In this document: piece after piece, positions 19,628 to 29,669 of the stretch
Layout of the letters: each line of letters opens with the position of its first letter
Numbering within the stretch: the first letter of the stretch is position 1
NCBI GenBank assembly: GCA_963840645.1
Contig: CAWIZL010000002.1
Span: 209,663-273,662 of the forward strand
Source: Candidatus Doudnabacteria bacterium
GTDB taxonomy: Bacteria > Patescibacteriota > Doudnabacteria > UBA920 > VMFF01
DNA: 64,000 nt
Reading direction: 5' to 3'
Notes under the pieces: generated by a model
Databases searched by the model: none
What the model was told of the DNA's origin: nothing
The model's input: only the letters and a program-made list of their open reading frames with translations
Position numbers and translations under genes: made by a program

Positions 19628-21158
19628 ATGCGGGTACCGATGAAACAGAAAGTATCTAAAATTCGAAAGGACGTAGTGCAGCCAACAATCTTCACGATCT
19701 TTGGCATCACTGGAGATTTGGCAAAGAAGTACCTGCTAGTATCGCTGTACAACTTGTGTGCAGCAGGCGAGCTGCCAGCACAGTTTTACCTGGTTGGCTA
19801 CGGCAGGCGAAAGTGGAGCGACGCTGAGATGAAGGCATTTGTGGTCAAGAGCCTGAAAGGTGCGCTGCCAAAATTTAATTCAAAAATTGCTGGCCGGCTT
19901 CTGAGAAATGCCTACTACGTTGTCGGCGATTTTGCTACGCCTGGTGACTACATCAATTTAAAGAAGTTTTTAGCAAAGCTCGAGCGCGATGCGGGTATGC
20001 ACCTGAACAAGATTTTCTACGTTGCCACAGCGCCGCTGTACTACCCAGAAATATTCAAGCAGCTCGGTTCGCACGGGTTGGCGCACTCCACAAAGCTCGA
20101 GCAGACGCGCATTCTAATAGAGAAGCCATTTGGCACTGATGCAAAGTCTGCTGCCTCCCTCAATAAAATTTTGCACGCGCACTTTACAGAAGAGCAAATT
20201 TTTCGCGTTGACCACTACCTGGGCAAGCTGCCAATCCAGAACATCCTGAGCTTCAGGTTTGGCAACGGCATCTTTGAGAAAATCTGGAACTCGCAGCACA
20301 TAGACAACATTCAGATTTCAGCTGTGATGGAAGACGTTGGCATTGAAGGCCGTGGCGCGTTCTACGATGAGACTGGTGCGCTCCTCGACGTCGTGCAGAA
20401 CCACATTATGCAGGTGGTCGCCCTCGTGTGCATGGATGCGCCATTCAACATGGATGCCGAGTGCGTCAGCGAGCGCAAAGCGCAGCTGCTAAAAAAAGTT
20501 CGCATCTCACAGGATGGACGTGACGTTGTGCGCGGCCAGTACAGTGGGTACACGCGTGAGCAGGACGTGCGCATGAACTCAAACACAGAGACGTTCGTTG
20601 CGCTGAAACTGTTCGTGGATACACCGGCGTTTCGTGGCGTGCCAATTTACATCCGCACTGGCAAGGCGCTCGACCGTCGGTTCACAGATGTTGTCGTGCA
20701 GTTCAAGCAGGACAGCGTCCACTTTTTAGGCAACAAGAAACACGGGATAGATCCTAATTTGCTGAGCATACGCGTGCAGCCAGAGGAGTCTATCTCGCTG
20801 CGCATCATGGTGCGCGAGCCTGGTTTTGAGACGCAGCTCAAGCCTGCGCAAATGGACTTCTGCTACCCGCCCAACGGCGAAGGTGCGTACAGTCCCAGCG
20901 CTTACGAGAAGGTAATTTACGATGCGCTGCACGGTGACCAGGTGTCGCTCGTGCGGTCTGACGTGCTCATGCAGCAGTGGCGCATCGTTGATGCGCTGCA
21001 GAAAAAGTGGCGCAGCTACCCGCTTGAAATTTATAAGCAGGGGAGCGAAGGTGCCTGCGAGCCAGCACAAAGTTTTAGAGCGCGACGGCACGCAGTGGTG
21101 GAGCGAGGCAATGCCGTACTGCCCTGCGCCACCGCAGAAACCAGCGAAGAAAAAGTAG
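19628..21158 (+). CDS. zwf: Glucose-6-phosphate dehydrogenase, with one frameshift near the 3' end (about 21049-21052; the true stop is at 21158, not 21196)
   Basis: FTIFGITGDLAKK, IFRVDHYLGK, DVVQNHIMQ. The C-terminus is restored as ..YKQGSEG / PASQHKVLERDGTQWW. Confidence 0.9.
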
Positions 21159-21160
21159 GC

Positions 21161-22826
21161 TTACTCCTTAACCATGTGGTCCAGCGACCACTGTAAATTC
21201 GATCCAACCTTTTTGCCTGGGTTGAAGATGTTGAGCGGGTCAAATGCAGCCTTCACCTCTTCGAACAGGCCGTAGACCTCTGCCCCGTACATTTGCTTGA
21301 GGAACGGGCTGCGGATGAGGCCGTCGTTGTGCTCGGCAGTTATAGATCCGTGGTAGGCGAGCACGAGGTCGTACACTTTGTTGGAGAGCTCTGTAATAAT
21401 TTCGCGCGTCTTTGGATTTTTGAAATCCATGAGCGGAATAATGTGGAAGTTGCCGTCGCCAACGTGACCTGCGATTGTGTACACAATATCGTACTGCGCA
21501 AGGATCTTATTCAAAGCTGGCAGGAACTCTGGCAGGTGCTCTGGCCGCACAATGATGTCATCAATGAAGGGAGCTGTGCGCGTGCCGTGCATGTGCTTGC
21601 GCAGCAGGCTGAAGCTCTCGCGCCTGATTGTCCAGTACTTCTGTGAATCTTTCTGGTCTGCAATGCGGGTTGGCAGCTTGAAGCGCGCAACAGCGTCTTT
21701 GGCAGCCTGTGTGCGTTTGGCAACCTCAGCAGCATCTTTGCCACGGAACTCTGCCATCAGGATGAGCTTCGGGAAGCCGCCAGTGAGCACCATGCCAACC
21801 TCTGGCAAGAACTGCAGGCCAAGGCTGAAGATGTTCGTTGGCGCCATTATCTTTATGATCTCTGGCAGAAACTTCATGGCCAGCGAAAGCGTCTTGTCAT
21901 CGTACGACTCAAAGCTCTCTGGCTTGAACTGCAGCACAACGTTTACCAGTTCTGCCAGGTGCGTGAGGTCATTTCATGAACACAATGAGCATCTGAGACT
22001 CATTGTCAGGTTCTATGAGCCGGAACTTTATGCGGTCAATAATGCCGAGCGTACCCTGCGACCCAACGAGCAGCTTGTTCATGTTGAACGTGCCAGCAGT
22101 GCGGTCGTACACGTTCCAGAGGTAGTAGCCAGCAGAGTTCTTTGAAACCCTTGGCTTTGCAGACTGAAGCACGTCGTAGTTTTTATCTATGATTCCGTAA
22201 ATTTTTCTGTACAGGTCGCCCTCAAAGCCTTCTTCTCTTAACTTGGTGTCGAGCTGGTTGCGGTCGAGCTGCGTGAAAGTGTGCTCTTTGCCGTCAGCCA
22301 GAACCATTTTCAATTCCTCCACGTAGTTTTCGATCTTCCCGTACGTAAGAGTTTTTTCGCCAGCGCCATTGTTGGCCACTTGGCCGCCAACGGCGCAGAT
22401 CTCGCGCGAAGCTGGGTACGGCGGCAGCAGCAGATTTTTTGCCAAGGTGAGCTTCTCAAAGTCGCGGTAGAAAACGCCTGGTTCAACAACGCCGTAGCCA
22501 ACGCTGGGGTCAGTGTTCTTTACCTCGAGTATGTGGTTGAAGTACTTCAGGAAGTCTAAGATGATGGACGTGTTGAGCGATCCGCCGCTCATGCACGTGC
22601 CAGCTGCACGGGCAGTAATAGAAATGGTGGGGTCAGTTTTCTTGGCTTCGCTCACGAACTGCACAATTTTTTCTATGTCAGCAACTGTCTTCGGGCTGAC
22701 AATGACCTCTGGCTTTATCTCAAACACGCTCGCATCGTGGCTGTAAGTGGTGAGCGTTGCATCATCGAACGTAATGTCGCCGTCGAGGTGCAGGGCTTGG
22801 AGCTTCTCAATTGTTGGTGTTGGCAT
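21161..22826 (-). CDS. FAD-linked oxidase (GlcD/D-lactate dehydrogenase-like, PCMH FAD-binding domain), with one frameshift at about 21970 (ORF pieces 21969..22826 and 21161..21937)
   Basis: The N-terminus VSPKTVADIEKIVQFVSE...ITARAAGTCMSGGS matches FAD_binding_4. The C-terminus reads GHVGDGNFHIIP...GSITAEHNDGLIR. The junction reads ..MLIVFMK / DLTHLAELVNVVLQFKPESF. Confidence 0.85.
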
Positions 22827-22834
22827 GGTTCTTT

Positions 22835-24238
22835 TTATAGGGTAAAGCTTTGGTCTTGGGTGGGAATTGCAATGTCAATGCTCGGCGACTTTTCAGCCAT
22901 GTACGCCTTGAATGCCTGGGCAGCAGGCAGCTCTGTGTGCACCAAGAAAACTTTTGCCAGTCCTGGAATTTTTACCATGTAGTCGTGCAGGCCTGTCTGG
23001 TCTGCGTGTGCACTGAACTCATCGAGCGTGATAATTTTTGCATGGACAGGGTACATCTCGTTAAAAATTTTGACAGGGCTCACGCCGTCCTGAATTTTGC
23101 GGCCGAGCGTCCCATCAGCTTGGTAGCCCGTGATGAGCACGTACGCATTCGGGTCGCCAATGTTCGTTTTGAGGTGGTGCAGCACGCGGCCACCCTCGCA
23201 CATTCCAGATGCCGACAGAACCACCTGCGCGCCCGGCGTTGCCTGCAGTTTCTTTGAATCATCAACAGACCGCACGTAGTGCAGGTCAATGAACTGGAGT
23301 GGTTTCTCTGCAACGGTGAAGTCTGCCCCAACAGAGGCACCAAAGTCTTCTTGGTGCTGCGTGAACACAGAGGTCAGGTCTTCTGCGAGCGGGCTGTCGA
23401 GGTACACTGGGATTGGCGGAATTTTTTTCTCATCGAGCAGCTTGTGCATGACGTACAAAATTTCCTGTGTCCTGCCGAGTGAAAAGGCTGGCGTAATAAT
23501 CTTGCTGTTGCTTGCAACAGCGGCATTGATGGTCTCGGCGAGCGTGGCAACGCCGTGCTCAATTGGCGCGTGGTCGCGATCGCCGTACGTGCACTCGCTG
23601 ATGAGCGCATCAACGTGCTCCTCTACAAACTCAGGGTCGTGCAGGATTGGCACTTTTGGCTGGCCGAGGTCACCGGTGTAGGCAATGCGCTTGGTCGCGC
23701 CGTCCTCGACAGACTCAATGAGCGTGACAGCAGACCCTAAAATGTGGCCAGCATCGTAGAGCTTGAAGCGCACGTTTGCGCCGAGGTCTGTCCACGTCTT
23801 TGTAATTCTAAAGTAGCCGGTGCGCTCAAAGTGGGCCATTGCCACGTCAACGTCTGCGGTGCTGAAGTGGGGGACAACGGGCTCTTCGCCAGGCTGTAGG
23901 TGCTTGTTGATGTGCTCTGCGTCCTGCTCCTGGATGGCAGCAGAGTCTTTCAGGATGAACTCTGCAATGTCAGCTGTTGCGTGCGTCGAGTAAATTTTCC
24001 CAGTGAAGCCGTTCTTTACGAGCAGCGGCAAAAGGCCGCAGTGGTCTGTGTGCGCGTGCGACAGGATGACAGCGTCAATAGACTTTGGGTCAAAGTCAAA
24101 GCCGCTGTTGAGCTTGTTGGCGAGAGCGCGGCTACCCTGGAACAGTCCGCAGTCGAGCAGGATGCGAAGCCCGTTTGTTTCAATGAGGTGCTTTGAGCCA
24201 GTCACGTTTTGGGCTGCACCGTAGAAGGTGATCTTCAT
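22835..24238 (-). CDS. MBL-fold metallo-hydrolase of the beta-CASP (CPSF/RNase J-like) RNA-processing family
   Basis: MKITFYGAAQNVTGSKHLIE...LLDCGLFQG...ILSHAHTDHCG, plus beta-CASP and C-terminal RMMBL-like motifs (SAHAD). Confidence 0.9.
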   Translation of the reverse strand: MKITFYGAAQNVTGSKHLIETNGLRILLDCGLFQGSRALANKLNSGFDFDPKSIDAVILSHAHTDHCGLLPLLVKNGFTGKIYSTHATADIAEFILKDSAAIQEQDAEHINKHLQPGEEPVVPHFSTADVDVAMAHFERTGYFRITKTWTDLGANVRFKLYDAGHILGSAVTLIESVEDGATKRIAYTGDLGQPKVPILHDPEFVEEHVDALISECTYGDRDHAPIEHGVATLAETINAAVASNSKIITPAFSLGRTQEILYVMHKLLDEKKIPPIPVYLDSPLAEDLTSVFTQHQEDFGASVGADFTVAEKPLQFIDLHYVRSVDDSKKLQATPGAQVVLSASGMCEGGRVLHHLKTNIGDPNAYVLITGYQADGTLGRKIQDGVSPVKIFNEMYPVHAKIITLDEFSAHADQTGLHDYMVKIPGLAKVFLVHTELPAAQAFKAYMAEKSPSIDIAIPTQDQSFTL

Positions 24239-24256
24239 ACGTACAGTATAGCAGCG

Positions 24257-25999
24257 CTACTCTCGTTCACCAATCTGCTGTCGCCACATTGCAGAGTACA
24301 AGCCTTTTGCATCGAGGAGCTCATCGTGGCTGCCGTGTTCAACTATCACTCCTTTTTCCAAAACGTAGATTCTGTCAGCGTGCATAATTGTAGACAGGCG
24401 GTGCGCAATCATCACGGTAATTTGCTTGCCCGTTGAAGACACCTCGCGGATGGTTTTGCTGATCTCTTCTTCTGTGAGCGAGTCGAGAGCAGAGGTGGCC
24501 TCGTCAAACACTAAAATGTTTGGGTGGCGCAGGAGCGCGCGGGCAATGGACAGGCGCTGCTTCTCGCCGCCAGAAACCTTCACGCCGCCTTCGCCAATTA
24601 CGGTGTCCAGGCCTTTGTCAGCGCGGGCAAGCAGGCCAGTTGCAGCTGCTTGGCGAAGCACTGTCATGCACTCTTCATCTGTTGCAGTTGGGTTCACGAA
24701 CAAGAGGTTGTCGCGGATGGTTCCAGCAAAGAGCTGCGTGTCCTGCGTGACGAGCCCAAACTGCGCAGCGAGCGGAGCGCGGTCAACTTCAGTTCCAGGC
24801 GTGCCATTGTACAGCACAGAGCCACGTGCCGGTGAGTAAAGTCCAACCAGCAGCTTCACGGTCGTGGTTTTCCCAGAGCCTGATGGACCAACGAACGCAA
24901 CTGTCTCGCCGCTCGACACCTTGAACGAAACGTCAGTGAGCGCGTTCGTGCTCGCAGATTGGTGCTTGAACGTCACGCCTTTGAACTCAACATCGTGCAC
25001 TGCGCCAACGTCAACCGGGTGTTCTGGCTGCGGTTCAATAGGCGTTGCCAAAATTCTCTCAAAGTTGTTGAGCGACACCTCGCTCTCGCGGTACGTGTTG
25101 ATGACAGTGCCAACGTCCTGCAGCGGCCCAAATATTGCGAACGAGTAGATGTAGAGTGAGAAGAACTCGCCGAACGTAATTTTTCCAACGAAGATCATGT
25201 AGAGCAGCAGGAACAAAATTGCGGTGCGGAGCGCGTTCACCATTGTGCCCTGCACAAAGCTGAGGCTGCGCACGTACTTTACTTTTTGAAGCTCCAGCTC
25301 TAGAATTTTTCCTGTCGTGCCGTTCAGCCGCGCAATTTCTTGGCCAGCTAACCCCAGGCTCTTCACCAGCTCAATGTTGCGCAGCGACTCTGTGGTAGAG
25401 CCTGCGAGCGCCGTGGTCTTCGCAAAGATTTCTTTCTGCACGCGCTTTATCTTCATGCTCAGCGCCAGCGAAACGCCCGCAATGACCGGCATGGTGATGA
25501 TGAATGCGCCGGCTATCCACCAGTTTATGAATGCCGCGTAAATAGAGACGAACACAAAGCCAATGGAGCTCGTGAAGATTGTGCCGACAAACGTCAGGAT
25601 GAGGTTTTGAATGTCCAGGCGAACCTGCTGCAGGCGGCCTAACGTTTCTCCGCTGCTCTGGTCTTCAAACGTTGCGTACGGCAGCTTGAGCGAGTGCTCA
25701 AGCCCGTCAGCGTACACTTTTGCGCCCAGGCGCTGAATGACCACGTTCGTGTAGTAGTCCTGGAAATTTTTTGCAATGCGCGAAATGAGCGCTGCGCCAA
25801 CCGCGAGCAGCAGCAGCACGCCAACGCCCGTGAAGAACTGGTGAGCCGTGAACTGGCTCACCTTGGTGAGGTAGTTGTCTAAGATGTGCTGAAAAATCCA
25901 CGGGTCGAGCAGCGAGAACACCTGGTTGATTGCTGCTAGAAACAGTGCGAGCGCTAGGACGAGCCTGTAGCGCTTGAGGTAGGACAAAAGTAGCTTCAT
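24257..25999 (-). CDS. ABC transporter, fused permease/ATPase (MsbA-like exporter)
   Basis: Six-TM N-terminal half. Walker A GPSGSGKTT, signature LSGGEKQR, Walker B ILVFDEATSALD. Confidence 0.9.
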   Translation of the reverse strand: MKLLLSYLKRYRLVLALALFLAAINQVFSLLDPWIFQHILDNYLTKVSQFTAHQFFTGVGVLLLLAVGAALISRIAKNFQDYYTNVVIQRLGAKVYADGLEHSLKLPYATFEDQSSGETLGRLQQVRLDIQNLILTFVGTIFTSSIGFVFVSIYAAFINWWIAGAFIITMPVIAGVSLALSMKIKRVQKEIFAKTTALAGSTTESLRNIELVKSLGLAGQEIARLNGTTGKILELELQKVKYVRSLSFVQGTMVNALRTAILFLLLYMIFVGKITFGEFFSLYIYSFAIFGPLQDVGTVINTYRESEVSLNNFERILATPIEPQPEHPVDVGAVHDVEFKGVTFKHQSASTNALTDVSFKVSSGETVAFVGPSGSGKTTTVKLLVGLYSPARGSVLYNGTPGTEVDRAPLAAQFGLVTQDTQLFAGTIRDNLLFVNPTATDEECMTVLRQAAATGLLARADKGLDTVIGEGGVKVSGGEKQRLSIARALLRHPNILVFDEATSALDSLTEEEISKTIREVSSTGKQITVMIAHRLSTIMHADRIYVLEKGVIVEHGSHDELLDAKGLYSAMWRQQIGERE

Positions 26000-26024
26000 G
26001 TATGGTAGTTTAGCATAAAACTAC

Positions 26025-26714
26025 CTATCGTGTCATGTAGAGTTTTTTATCTGGTGGCGACATTCTTTCTATGGAGTAGCGGAGCACCGTGCGTGGCATT
26101 TCGTGTACGTGCGCACCGAGGAATTTTTTGAGCGTGGGTTCAGACTTCTTCCCCAACCTCGCGCAGCATCCAGCCTGTGGCCTTGTGCACGAGGTCGTGG
26201 TTGTCGTTGAGGAGCATGGTTGCAATTGACAGCGTGTCATCGAGTTGCCCACTTCGTATGAATGGGTAGGTTGCAACAATGGCAACGCGCCGTTCCCACA
26301 GGTTTTTTGACCTAGCCAGTTTGTAGAGCACCTTTCGTTCCCGTGGCTTGTCGAGGAGGTACGCGCCCAAAATTCCTGGAGCAGCTGTGTCAACCAAATC
26401 CCAGTTGTTGATGTTTGCCAAGTTCTTCAGCATGAACTTCGTGGCAGCGGCAATGTCAGCGTGCTGCAGAATTAAGAGCGCGGTGAGCCTGTGCTCGTGA
26501 ATTTTGCTATTGAGCAGCTTCTGAATTTCAGGAAATGGCAAACCGACAAACTTTTTTGCGATCGAGCACTCTGCGTTGGGACGTCAACGCCAATGAATGT
26601 GTCTCCCTCTGAGTACTGCCCTCTGCCCATTTTGAAGAAGCCAGCCTGCACAGTGGCTTTCGAACGGCTCGCGTGCTTGGCGAGTTCTAGTTTTGCATTT
26701 AATGCCGTTTTCAT
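26025..26714 (-). CDS. DNA alkylation repair protein (AlkD-like HEAT-repeat family), with two frameshifts (about 26553 and 26151-26154)
   Basis: Three ORF pieces (26472..26714, 26140..26541, 26025..26393) join as ..GVDVPTQSA(R)IAKKFVGLPFPEIQKLL...NNWDLVD...HKATGWMLREVG / KKSEPTLKKFL. Confidence 0.7.
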
Positions 26715-26751
26715 GCTATAATGCTATCAACATTATACAAGAGAGACACAA

Positions 26752-27474
26752 ATGCGCACAGAGCTGAAGATCATGATCCCAATAGCGGTGGTTGTTGTGC
26801 TGGTAGGTGGTTACTTTGTATTTAAGTCAGGTGGCAGCACGCCATCAACACAGAATTCCCAGCCAGTTGACCAGTCACTGCTCGTCCATGCAAATAGCCA
26901 CATGACAGGCAACATCAACGCAAAGGTTACGCTCGTTGAGTTTGGTGACTACGAGTGCCCATCGTGCGGCGCAGCGTACCAGCCAATAAAAACCCTCGTG
27001 AGCCAGTACAGCTCAAACCCAAACTTTAACTTCGTGTTCCGCAACTTCCCGCTCACAACAGTGCACCCCAACGCTCAAATTGCAGCAGAGGCAGCAGAGG
27101 CAGCAGGCGAGCAGGGCAAGTACTGGCAGATGCACGACCTGCTCTACGAGAACCAGGGTACGTGGGGAGATTCAGCTGCACCACTCCAGTACTTTTTGCA
27201 GTACGCGCAGGAGCTCGGCCTGAACGTGAACACGTTCCAGCAAGAGGTGCAGGCTGCCAAGTTTGCGCCAGAGATTCAGGCTGACGTTACTGATGGCAAT
27301 ACTCTTGGCATTGATGCAACGCCAACGTTCTACGTGAACGGCATACAAATTGTGGGCGACCAAGAGCAAGAAATACAGGATGATATTACCAAAGACCTTG
27401 CCGCAGTCTCTTCGGTGACGCCAAGTCCAAGCCCAACGCCTACGCCAACTCCGACTGCTGCTCCGGCAAAGTAG
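26752..27474 (+). CDS. DsbA-family thioredoxin-fold thiol:disulfide oxidoreductase, membrane-anchored, with a PS/PT-rich tail
   Basis: N-terminal TM segment. Active site EFGDYECPSCG. A TGCTATAAT extended -10 is at 26714-26722. Confidence 0.85.
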   Translation: MRTELKIMIPIAVVVVLVGGYFVFKSGGSTPSTQNSQPVDQSLLVHANSHMTGNINAKVTLVEFGDYECPSCGAAYQPIKTLVSQYSSNPNFNFVFRNFPLTTVHPNAQIAAEAAEAAGEQGKYWQMHDLLYENQGTWGDSAAPLQYFLQYAQELGLNVNTFQQEVQAAKFAPEIQADVTDGNTLGIDATPTFYVNGIQIVGDQEQEIQDDITKDLAAVSSVTPSPSPTPTPTPTAAPAK

Positions 27475-27522
27475 GCGCCCTTAAATTTACTGTTTTCAAA
27501 TAATTAAGAAAAAGGAGTAAGC

Positions 27523-27738
27523 ATGGATCAGGGAATGCAGGGTGCGTCGTGCAGCTGTGGACACCACAAGGTGATCCCGATTTTGGTAATTTTACTGGGG
27601 CTGACGTTTTTGCTCCAGGCACTGGGCGTTGTGGGTTGGTACTTCGTCAGCGTGACGTGGCCAATACTGCTGATCATTGCCGCCATTGTAAAGATGGCCG
27701 GCCGTTCATGCAGCTGCAACATGAACCACAAGGCGTAG
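27523..27738 (+). CDS. Small two-TM membrane protein with CxC-H motifs at both termini
   Basis: An AAGGAG Shine-Dalgarno is present. The sequence is MDQGMQGASCSCGHHK..(two TM segments)..GRSCSCNMNHKA. Confidence 0.55.
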   Translation: MDQGMQGASCSCGHHKVIPILVILLGLTFLLQALGVVGWYFVSVTWPILLIIAAIVKMAGRSCSCNMNHKA

Positions 27739-27751
27739 TAGGCCAAAAAGT

Positions 27752-27886
27752 AAAAACCCCTGCTCCGACTGAACCCTGTCTTTTCTTTCAGAAAAGAAAC
27801 GGATTCAGAAGTCGCAGAGGGTTTTTCTTTTTGTCCCAGAGAGAGCAGAAAGAAACGAAACTCGAAGCTCGTGGGTACGTCTTTTT
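27752..27886. repeat. Two adjacent copies of the conserved long-hairpin bidirectional-terminator element family (type 2 at 27752-27830, partial type 1 at 27833-27886)
   Basis: 27752-27830 is about 90% identical to the reverse complement of 40262-40355. 27848-27872 shares GAAAGAAACGAAACTCGAAGCTCGT with 32959-32983. Confidence 0.7.
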
Positions 27887-27906
27887 ATTTGGCGTAGCTA
27901 CCTCAA

Positions 27907-28365
27907 TTACTTTTTGATTGACGCTGCTGCTATCTCTTCACTGTGCCTGTGGATGACGAGCGCAATGGTAATTCCAATGAAGGCTAGGAGCGAGAGCATT
28001 GGGATTGTGACGCTGTGGAAGAGCACTGCCTGCTTCACTGCGCAGTTTGCAGCTGCCGAACACACCTCAATGTCCTTTACCCAGCCTTGCTGGAGCAGCA
28101 CCTGGTACACGGCAATAATGGTTCCAATGACGCTGAGGGGCAGCACGTAGTGCTTCACGTCGTGGTCGTTCTTGAAGATGCCAATTGCAATGATGATGAC
28201 GAGCGGGTACATGACAATGCGCTGGTACCAGCAGAGCGTGCAGGGGATGAGCCCCTCAATTTGGCTGAAGTACAGACTGCTGAGCGTCGCAATGAGCGCA
28301 ATTGTCCACGCAGCGTAGAGCGCGTAGTGCTTGATGTAGGCCATGAACCCATTTTTTTCTTGCAT
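27907..28365 (-). CDS. Disulfide bond formation protein, DsbB/BdbC family
   Basis: GLIPCTLCWYQRIVMYP plus a second Cys pair (VCSAAANC). Four TM segments. The start is at 28365 or 28344. Confidence 0.85.
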   Translation of the reverse strand: MQEKNGFMAYIKHYALYAAWTIALIATLSSLYFSQIEGLIPCTLCWYQRIVMYPLVIIIAIGIFKNDHDVKHYVLPLSVIGTIIAVYQVLLQQGWVKDIEVCSAAANCAVKQAVLFHSVTIPMLSLLAFIGITIALVIHRHSEEIAAASIKK

Positions 28366-28471
28366 ATGTATGAATGGTAGCCGTATTAGTTTTACGGCGC
28401 AAATTGATTTTTTTTGCTTTCTGTGGTAAGGTTACTGGACTCTGTTCCAGAGGCAAGGAGGATAAAAGGTA

Positions 28472-28702
28472 TTGAAAAGGGAAGAGACACACCGAGTGGT
28501 TCAGGGCGATGACAGAGCAGACAGCGCACGTGAGGCGTGTGGAATTATTGCGGCAGCAAGGGTTGCCGGTAGCATGTCTCCTGAAGAGACACAGAGGCTT
28601 GCCCGCTGTATGCTTGCGTCCGGTCAAAATCCAGAAACATTGAACACATCGCTCCGCGAGCTGAGCGCTTTGGCTGATGCAGGCTTGGCTAATACGAAGT
28701 AG
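28472..28702 (+). CDS. Hypothetical small protein (76 aa, TTG start)
   Basis: An AAGGAGG Shine-Dalgarno lies 10 nt upstream and a strong terminator follows directly. No family recognised. Confidence 0.45.
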   Translation: MKREETHRVVQGDDRADSAREACGIIAAARVAGSMSPEETQRLARCMLASGQNPETLNTSLRELSALADAGLANTK

Positions 28703-28730
28703 TAATTATCCCCGTTCGATACGTAACCTC

Positions 28731-28774
28731 TGGCTCGCCGCAGTGCTGCGGCGAGCCAGTTCATTTTTATTTAA
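28731..28774 (+). terminator. Intrinsic terminator
   Basis: CTGGCTCGCCGCA-GTGC-TGCGGCGAGCCAG followed by TTCATTTTTATTT. Confidence 0.75.
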
Positions 28775-28833
28775 CGAAACATTCATCTTCTCTCTGTACC
28801 ATAGGTGTGAACAATTAACAGAGAGGATGAAAC

Positions 28834-29637
28834 ATGAGAATACACAGGTGTGCGTGGAATTTCTTTCTATTTTTTGCCGTACTCGGTTTGGCAGCCCCAG
28901 GTTTGCTCGCGCCACTCGGCTCAGCTGTGAAGTTCGCGACAGCAGCGAGCATTGGTTCGTACCCAAATGTATCTGCAAACTGGGCTGGGTACGCTGCAAC
29001 CAGCGGCAATTACACAGCAGTCAGCGGCACATGGGTTGTGCCAAGCGTCAAGCCCTCGATAAGCTACCGAGCAGACGCTGCGTGGGTCGGCATTGGCGGG
29101 GTGAGCAGCTCTGATTTAATCCAGGCAGGAACATCTGCCACAACGGGCACTGGGGGCGCTACTGCGTACAACGCGTGGATAGAAATGTTGCCAGCGTTCA
29201 GCCAGCCAGTGCCAGTGGCTGTGCGCCCTGGTGACTCTGTGAGCGTGTCAATTGCCCAACAGCCATCTGGCAAGTGGCTCATTGCAGTAGCAGATAACAC
29301 GAGCGGGCAAAAGTACAAGACCACCGTTAGCTACAAATCCTCACTGTCATCAGCAGAGTGGGTTGAGGAAATGCCGAGCGATGGCACTGGCCTCATTGCA
29401 CTCGATAGCTTCAGCAAGGTGAACTTTTCTGGTGGCTCAGCGGTGAAGAATGGATCAAAGGTAAGCATTGCAAAGTCTGGTGCGCAGCAGCTCGCAATGG
29501 CGAGTTCGTCAGGTAGAATTTTGGCAGTCCCATCAGCCCTCAGCGGCACGGGAAGTTCTTTCTCAGTATCGCGCGGTTCAGGGTTAGAGCTGAAGAACGC
29601 AAGGCTGGTGAGGTCTTTCACGCACAGCAGGCGGTAA
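28834..29637 (+). CDS. Secreted peptidase family G1 (eqolisin / glutamic peptidase, Peptidase_A4-like)
   Basis: A signal peptide is present. Contains SANWAGYAA, AAWVGIGG, DLIQAGTS (candidate catalytic Gln), SSAEWVEEMP (candidate catalytic Glu) and FSKVNFSG. Confidence 0.75.
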   Translation: MRIHRCAWNFFLFFAVLGLAAPGLLAPLGSAVKFATAASIGSYPNVSANWAGYAATSGNYTAVSGTWVVPSVKPSISYRADAAWVGIGGVSSSDLIQAGTSATTGTGGATAYNAWIEMLPAFSQPVPVAVRPGDSVSVSIAQQPSGKWLIAVADNTSGQKYKTTVSYKSSLSSAEWVEEMPSDGTGLIALDSFSKVNFSGGSAVKNGSKVSIAKSGAQQLAMASSSGRILAVPSALSGTGSSFSVSRGSGLELKNARLVRSFTHSRR

Positions 29638-29669
29638 GTAACCAACCAGCAACTATTAACTATTGAACT

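Noticed and set aside
28677-29114. The 145-aa ORF overlapping the start of the G1 peptidase gene.
   Set aside because: It is an alternative frame of the peptidase gene region, spans a terminator hairpin and lacks coding features.
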